This document shows positions 11,990 through 19,272 of a DNA stretch of 19,272 nucleotides, in pieces. The stretch covers positions 1 to 19,272 of the forward strand of contig CAXIUT010000306.1 of the NCBI GenBank assembly GCA_964035545.1, read 5' to 3'. The position numbers were made by a program, and so were the translations under genes. Below the pieces are notes generated by a model. It searched no databases and was not told the DNA's origin. It saw only the letters and a program-made list of their open reading frames with translations. This stretch comes from Bugula neritina. Its lineage: Eukaryota > Animalia > Bryozoa. Every line of letters starts with the position of its first letter. Positions within the stretch are counted from its first letter, which is position 1.

Positions 11990-13196
11990 ATGGACTACCA
12001 AGCACTTGCCTAACTACTACCTCTTTCCACTTAACTATGGAATCTACAACACGTACAAGAGTGGCTTCGATTCATACATCTACCCATGCTTGCTACCTCT
12101 TTCAGTATTTTCTTTCTCATAAAGGTCAACAAAAAATAAATGGAAAAGCTTTGCTTTCTCTTAATTAACAAAAACTCTAAAACCTCGGAGTAAATAGCTC
12201 TATCATAAAAAGAAAACTTATTCGCTGGATCAGTGAAGGGTTCTATTAATTTTCGGACCATCTCAACTGCATAGGTCTTGAAAATAAATAAAATATTTCT
12301 TTATTGTCTAATAAAGAGACTTCTTATAGAGGAGATTTCAAGATAAAACCGGACAGTAACAAGATACCTCAAGTGTGTTCTTCTGGGATGGTGATTAGGA
12401 GTTGTGACAATAGTTTGGCTGTTTTTTATATGATGAAATAGAAGGTGATGAAGATTGGTCGTTCTTCTGCTAATGTGATTCGTAGTTTATAGGTTTCGGT
12501 ATAAAATTAACACGCAGAGGTGAGAAGAAGTGGTAATAAACACTATTTGATGGATAAGGGAACATAAGCAGGCACATTTATCAAGATAGTGCAACCTAGA
12601 ATACTTCGAGTGGGTTCTTTGATTTAGATGGGAAGTTTTTTAATGGAAGTAATAGAAGTAAAAAAGTAATAGAAAGTTATTTTTATTAAAATAGTACATA
12701 TGATATCAAATTAATTCTGTGAGGTTGCTATATCTCTAGTAGATGGTTGTAGTTTTTATAGTTTTGGTCGTAGAAAATCTAATAATTTCTCTGCTGATGA
12801 CTAGCATTTAAGTGGAATCCATGCTAAAATATTTTGGCAACAATCTTAATTTGTAATGGAAGATATGCATTCTACCAATGGGTATTTTGAATCTTAGTTA
12901 GAACCTGGCTGAGATTAAATAAACCAAGAGTACCTTCTGAACTCTTTGGTCTTGAGGAGGGATAAGTCTTTAAAATAGGAACCACTATCACTTACCAGTG
13001 TGTGACTCAGTAAAATCGCGAGTAGAAGATGTAGATAGAATATGAGGACAGTTGTATGAATTGTGGGAGGGAGAAGAGAGACCTGCTTTTTCTTCCTTGC
13101 AAGCATAATGCATTTTGTTGTGGCTGCGGGGAGGGGATGAACTGTTGTCCTCTTTGTGAAAGTGCTATTGACTAGCGGATTAAAATCTACATTTGA
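11990..13196 (+). CDS. SAM-FHA-FHA-RING protein, putative E3 ligase (paralog 2, 388 aa)
   Basis: 20-nt introns at 12105-12124 and 12882-12901. SAM: WNLQHVQEWL...INGKALLSLNEQKLENLGV. FHA1: KIGRSSAN. FHA2: FGRRKSN...HLSGIH...EDMHSTNGTW. RING: CMNC...PCKHNAFCCGC...CPLC. Confidence 0.9.
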
Positions 13197-13236
13197 TGTT
13201 TTAATTCATACTCTATAATAACTGTATATTCAAAGA

Positions 13237-14065
13237 ATGAACGACTACAAAAGTCTTTACGAAAGTAGAAGTGCTGAATTCGATGAACTAAACGAACAGT
13301 TCATCGCTTATCAATGTAATATCAGTCTTAGTAAGAATAAACTAACTCTATGATCAATGAACTAGAGGATTAAAATACTTAACTTAAAACAAAACTTCAA
13401 AAAATAGACAATTAACTCGCATCTCAAAAGGTAAAAGTTGAATTAGTTAGGATAAGAAAAAAACTCAGACGAACTCTCTGGAAAAAGAACTATAACTTAT
13501 TAAACGATAAAGAAATGAGTTCAAAACTAGATTCGAAGAATTCCAACGTAAAGTTATTTAACTCTAAAATATCAATGAAACACTATAGTCTTAAATAAGA
13601 GCTGCTAACTGTATGCTCAGCGAATATTAACAAAGAGTTGAAAAGACCATGGAAGAACTAGCTTTGCTACAGATAGAACTGGAAGAAAGCAAAGAGTCCA
13701 ACCAATAACAGGTTACAAGATTAAAAAGTCAACTGAAATAAACTGAAGATGAGTTAATGGTGCTTCACATCAAACATCAGAAACATAATGATGAGTCAGA
13801 ACACAGAAGGTCAAGGCTATCATCTGCCTCTTTCTCTTCTCAAGAATAAATGACTCCTATTCGATCTGCAGAATTAGATTAAGAACCAAAAATGGACCCT
13901 CAGATCACTAGCACTCCTCTGAACTTACCAGGACTGACAGGAATGGACTTCAAGAGAAATAAAGAGACTTCTTTCCAAAATACTATTACTCTAGTTTCTA
14001 ATTTAATCAGTTAGCTTGATAATCGTGCTCGTAAGATTAGAGCAAAAAAGAAAAATGTAGTATGA
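13237..14065 (+). CDS. NudE/NDE1-like coiled-coil protein (dynein/LIS1 regulator family, 262 aa)
   Basis: 20-nt introns at 13316-13335 and 13431-13450. KVIELENINETLESEIRAANCMLSEYEQRVEKTMEELALLQIELEE...QVTRLK parallels NDE1 RELEQANDDLERAKRA...[22 protein letters not shown]...VQRLK. Confidence 0.75.
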
Positions 14066-14101
14066 TAGACTATCTATTTTATTTTAAATATGTTTGAATA
14101 A

Positions 14102-16354
<2,253 letters not shown>

Positions 16355-16462
16355 TCTTTTAGAATTTTATACTTTTATAGAAACTACTTCAATAGAATTT
16401 TTAAAAATAATGAACAATCAAACATAACTTCAAAGATAAAAATTGTAAAAAGGATATAAGAC

Positions 16463-17672
16463 TCAAATTATTATATGATTTAGATTTATATCTTAAATTA
16501 TCTAAAAGTAGATAATATCTGAGTTTATATTTCTGGTTATTAATACTGGGGTTGGGGTTGGGGTTGGGGTTGGGGTTGGGGTTGGGGTTGGGGTTGGGGT
16601 TGGGGTTGGGGTTGGGGTTGGGGGCAAAAAGTCCAAGATCTGTGGTTACAGCTATGATATTTCTTTACATTTAAACATAGTAGGCGTATCCCATATCGAA
16701 AAGATACTGATGTTTCTTTATTTATTTCGGAACACCAACCAAATCCCAGAGATGGAACTTTTGAATAATAGCTGTGGTTCTCCATTGAGTAAAAAATCCA
16801 TTAAAATCAACTGAAATAATAGAATATTCTGGACTTTATCTGTTTACTAATGAAAAAGCTACAATAGAAGAGTTATGACTATAAAGGTCCCTTTGAACTT
16901 TGCTCTACATTTGATAAGACTTCACATTTTTATTATTTTAAACAAAAATAAGTTATTTTCCAACAAGCCTACCATGAGATAAAAAATGATACTCTTTTTC
17001 GTACGATTTTATAGGAATGACTTTCTTTTGAGATAGATCATAGTATTGAAACTACTTGAGTTGATCTTCTCTATACTCCATCCATAGGATTCTATTTCCA
17101 TCAAAATCAAAGGGGACAGCTACTTAGGGCATCTTGAACTCACGATGAAGTTTGATTTAATTTTTGTCTGCGTCTATTTCATACATATTTTTGTTTTATA
17201 TTTCTAGTTCAACAGCTGAGTTGCTTCATAATTACAAATAGCTTATCGTTTTTGAGTAGGAAATGCACAAAATATGACTATTTTGACTCCAAACATCATT
17301 GTCATTGAATGAGAACAAACAATATTCGAATGACTTCTTAAAATACTCAGCATTTAATCATTTTAGGGATCTCTAGCTAAATCTTTGATCCTTATATGTC
17401 GATCTCCAATAGCTATATAGATCTTGTTATCTTTGAAGCAAATCTAAATAGTATTATTTTTACTCCTCGAATGAGTTCTTCGTCTATTTGTTCGAAGTAG
17501 GTAGTTTTTTTAGTTTATAGTCCAAATGAACCTACATAGCCTGAAATTGATCCAAAAAGAACTTTATCTTTGTAGACAAATAAGTACTATTGGCGATTTC
17601 TATGGCTGTAAGAGGTTCTCCTATTCTTATTTTGACCCAGGACAAGTACTTGGCCTTTGTTTACTACATCAT
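16463..17672 (-). CDS. Beta-propeller (WD40-like) protein interrupted near its C-terminus by a telomeric tract
   Basis: 20-nt introns at 17568-17587, 17444-17463, 17216-17235. Motifs VLFGSISGYVG, IYIAIGD, VPFDFDGNRILWMEY, YLFDMGYAYY..IAVTTDLGLF. The end at 16463 assumes 16548-16623 is removed. Confidence 0.75.
16548..16623 (+). repeat. Interstitial telomeric tract (GGGGTT)n, 76 bp, inside a CDS
   Basis: Perfect repeats followed by one extra G at 16624. Confidence 0.97.
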
Positions 17673-17705
17673 TTTAAATATTATCAAATTAAATACCATA
17701 ATAAA

Positions 17706-18536
17706 TCAAACTTTTTGTTTCGTTTCATCTGATAGTTATATCTGTTCTTTTGAGATTTAGTCAAAAGGTATTTGAAAGTTTAATTGATTGGTGATTTCTC
17801 GATTTCTTGTGTTGATGAAGTTTTCAAAAGGGTCTAGTTTAAGACCTAATGAATATTGATAGTATTATTTATACCATCCTTTTTTTGCAGTTTATATAGA
17901 GTCAAGAGCATATCTTCTTGTTTTATAGTAATCTTTAAGTTTGCGATATTGGAAGTTATATTTCATGTCTTCCACGTCTTTATAGAGGTTAAATTTCTGA
18001 TCATACTCTAGATACATCGATTGTTAGTCTGGTATCATTCTGAAGTATTCATGGTTGATAATATGGTATTAAGAAGTTGCTAAGAGTTTTAATATGGAGG
18101 AAGGAATTAAAATCAATAGGGAAGGGAAGAACAGTTTTCTCCAAGTAGCTATTGTGAAATAATCACCACAGGTATGAAGACCTAAGACTCTAGATAGACC
18201 AAAAGCAAGAAGGAGTGTATATTTGATAGATTCTTCAACATAAATTTAAAACCCTATTGCTTGATCATCCATTCTCTTGAAATCTATCCTATCGAATTCT
18301 TTATATTGTTTGAATTGTCTTAATATCTTTTATTTTTTATTTAATCTAATCAAGTACTCATCAATTTATTGCTGTCTTGCATCTTCTTTAAATATTTTTT
18401 TAGAAGTAAAACTTTTATATTCGATCTCAACTTCTTTGTTGGGTCTATACTATCTGGCTGAGTGAAGTTGCTAGGAGTCAAAAGACTCACTTGTTACATA
18501 GAGAATATCTTTTATTTTAGCACAGTTGCTTCCCAT
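17706..18536 (-). CDS. Hypothetical protein with two hydrophobic segments and an MGxxC N-terminus (276 aa)
   Basis: Intronless ORF: MGSNCAKIKDILYVTSESFD...YTLLLAFGLSRVLG...LFFPSLLILIPSSILKLLA...ETKQKV*. Confidence 0.75.
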
Positions 18537-18682
18537 TAATTCAATCAATGATATAATACCGAATATAAATGATCAACAGTCAAAGGACTCACTTGTTACA
18601 TAGATAATATCTTTTATTTTAGCACAGTTGTTTCCCATTAATTCATAGGATCAATAATATAATATTGAATATAAAATGATCA
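18476..18682. repeat. Imperfect tandem duplication of about 100 bp (18476-18575 and 18578-18682)
   Basis: Both copies read agtcaaa.gactcacttgttacataga.aatatcttttattttagcacagttg.ttcccattaattca...gaatataaa(a)tgatca, with substitutions and small indels. Confidence 0.93.
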
Positions 18683-19097
18683 GGGGTTGGGGTTGGGGTT
18701 GGGGTTGGGGTTGGGGTTGGGGTTGGGGTTGGGGTTGGGGTTGGGGTTGGGGTTGGGCTAACAATTAAAGTAGTTCGTTTTTAGTGTAGATCATATACTG
18801 ATTTCTACAAAAGATAGATATTCTGAATCAAGCATTTTATCTACTTTTCTGAATGACAGTTTATACATAATAAGACTTAACCTGACAGGGGAAGATGATA
18901 AAAATATGTTAGAGTTGATAACTGAGTCAGATAATGAGTATTCAATTCTATACAATATCCATGATCTTTTTATTTATGGAGTGAGTGTTAAGAAAGACAA
19001 AATTCATTTAGGAAGACAAATTGCTACTCAGTCTCTCAATCATATCAAAAATCAGTTCAAATAAGTCATCTCTTGGACAGAAGCAGACAGTGATTGA
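18676..19097 (+). CDS. Hypothetical protein interrupted in codon 3 by a telomeric tract
   Basis: ATG ATC A|tract|GC TAA CAA... gives MISEQLKEFVFSVDHILISTKDRYSESSILSTFLNDSLYIIRLNL...WTEADSD*. The 3' end could extend through an unrecognised intron. Confidence 0.55.
18683..18757 (+). repeat. Interstitial telomeric tract (GGGGTT)n, 74-75 bp
   Basis: Perfect repeats. The last G (18757) may belong to the host sequence. Confidence 0.97.
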
Positions 19098-19203
19098 AAT
19101 ATCTAGAACCTCCATACAATCATTTAGTTAACATAAACCATATTTAATCAATCAAAATATTCATTTGATCAAAATGCTACCTATCTTGTGATTATTAGTT
19201 ATA

Positions 19204-19272
19204 GGGGTTGGGGTTGGGGTTGGGGTTGGGGTTGGGGTTGGGGTTGGGGTTGGGGTTGGGGTTGGGGTTGGG
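19204..19272 (+). repeat. Right terminal telomere (GGGGTT)n
   Basis: Perfect G4T2 repeats to the end of the window. Confidence 0.98.

Noticed and set aside
16540-16785. ORF-track protein ending in a (PQ)n repeat
   Set aside because: It is an off-frame reading of the beta-propeller gene running into translated telomeric repeat.

Overview
This is an AT-rich, telomere-to-telomere macronuclear contig of a ciliate, with (CCCCAA)n at the left end and (GGGGTT)n at the right. The supplied ORF track is misleading because TAA and TAG are sense codons here. Conserved motifs (kinase RDIKP-TAA-N, two cNMP-binding FG-TAA-xAL, NudE NETL-TAG, EIERLN repeats) show both encode Glu, and TGA is the only stop. 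This matches the peritrich nuclear code (NCBI table 30). Genes are tightly packed, with tiny GTA...AG introns (18 of 20 inferred are exactly 20 nt). Recognisable genes are complex I NDUFA7, a degenerate FtsJ/CMTR-like methyltransferase, a large coiled-coil protein, two SAM-FHA-FHA-RING paralogs, a PH-domain protein, a NudE-like protein, a PKG-like kinase and a beta-propeller protein. The striking feature is four internal, telomere-length (62-76 bp) GGGGTT tracts, all in the same orientation. They look like clean insertions into colinear sequence, and removing two of them restores interrupted reading frames. They could be telomerase-made repair scars, or very dense alternative telomere-addition sites merged by the assembler. 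All translations were done by hand.
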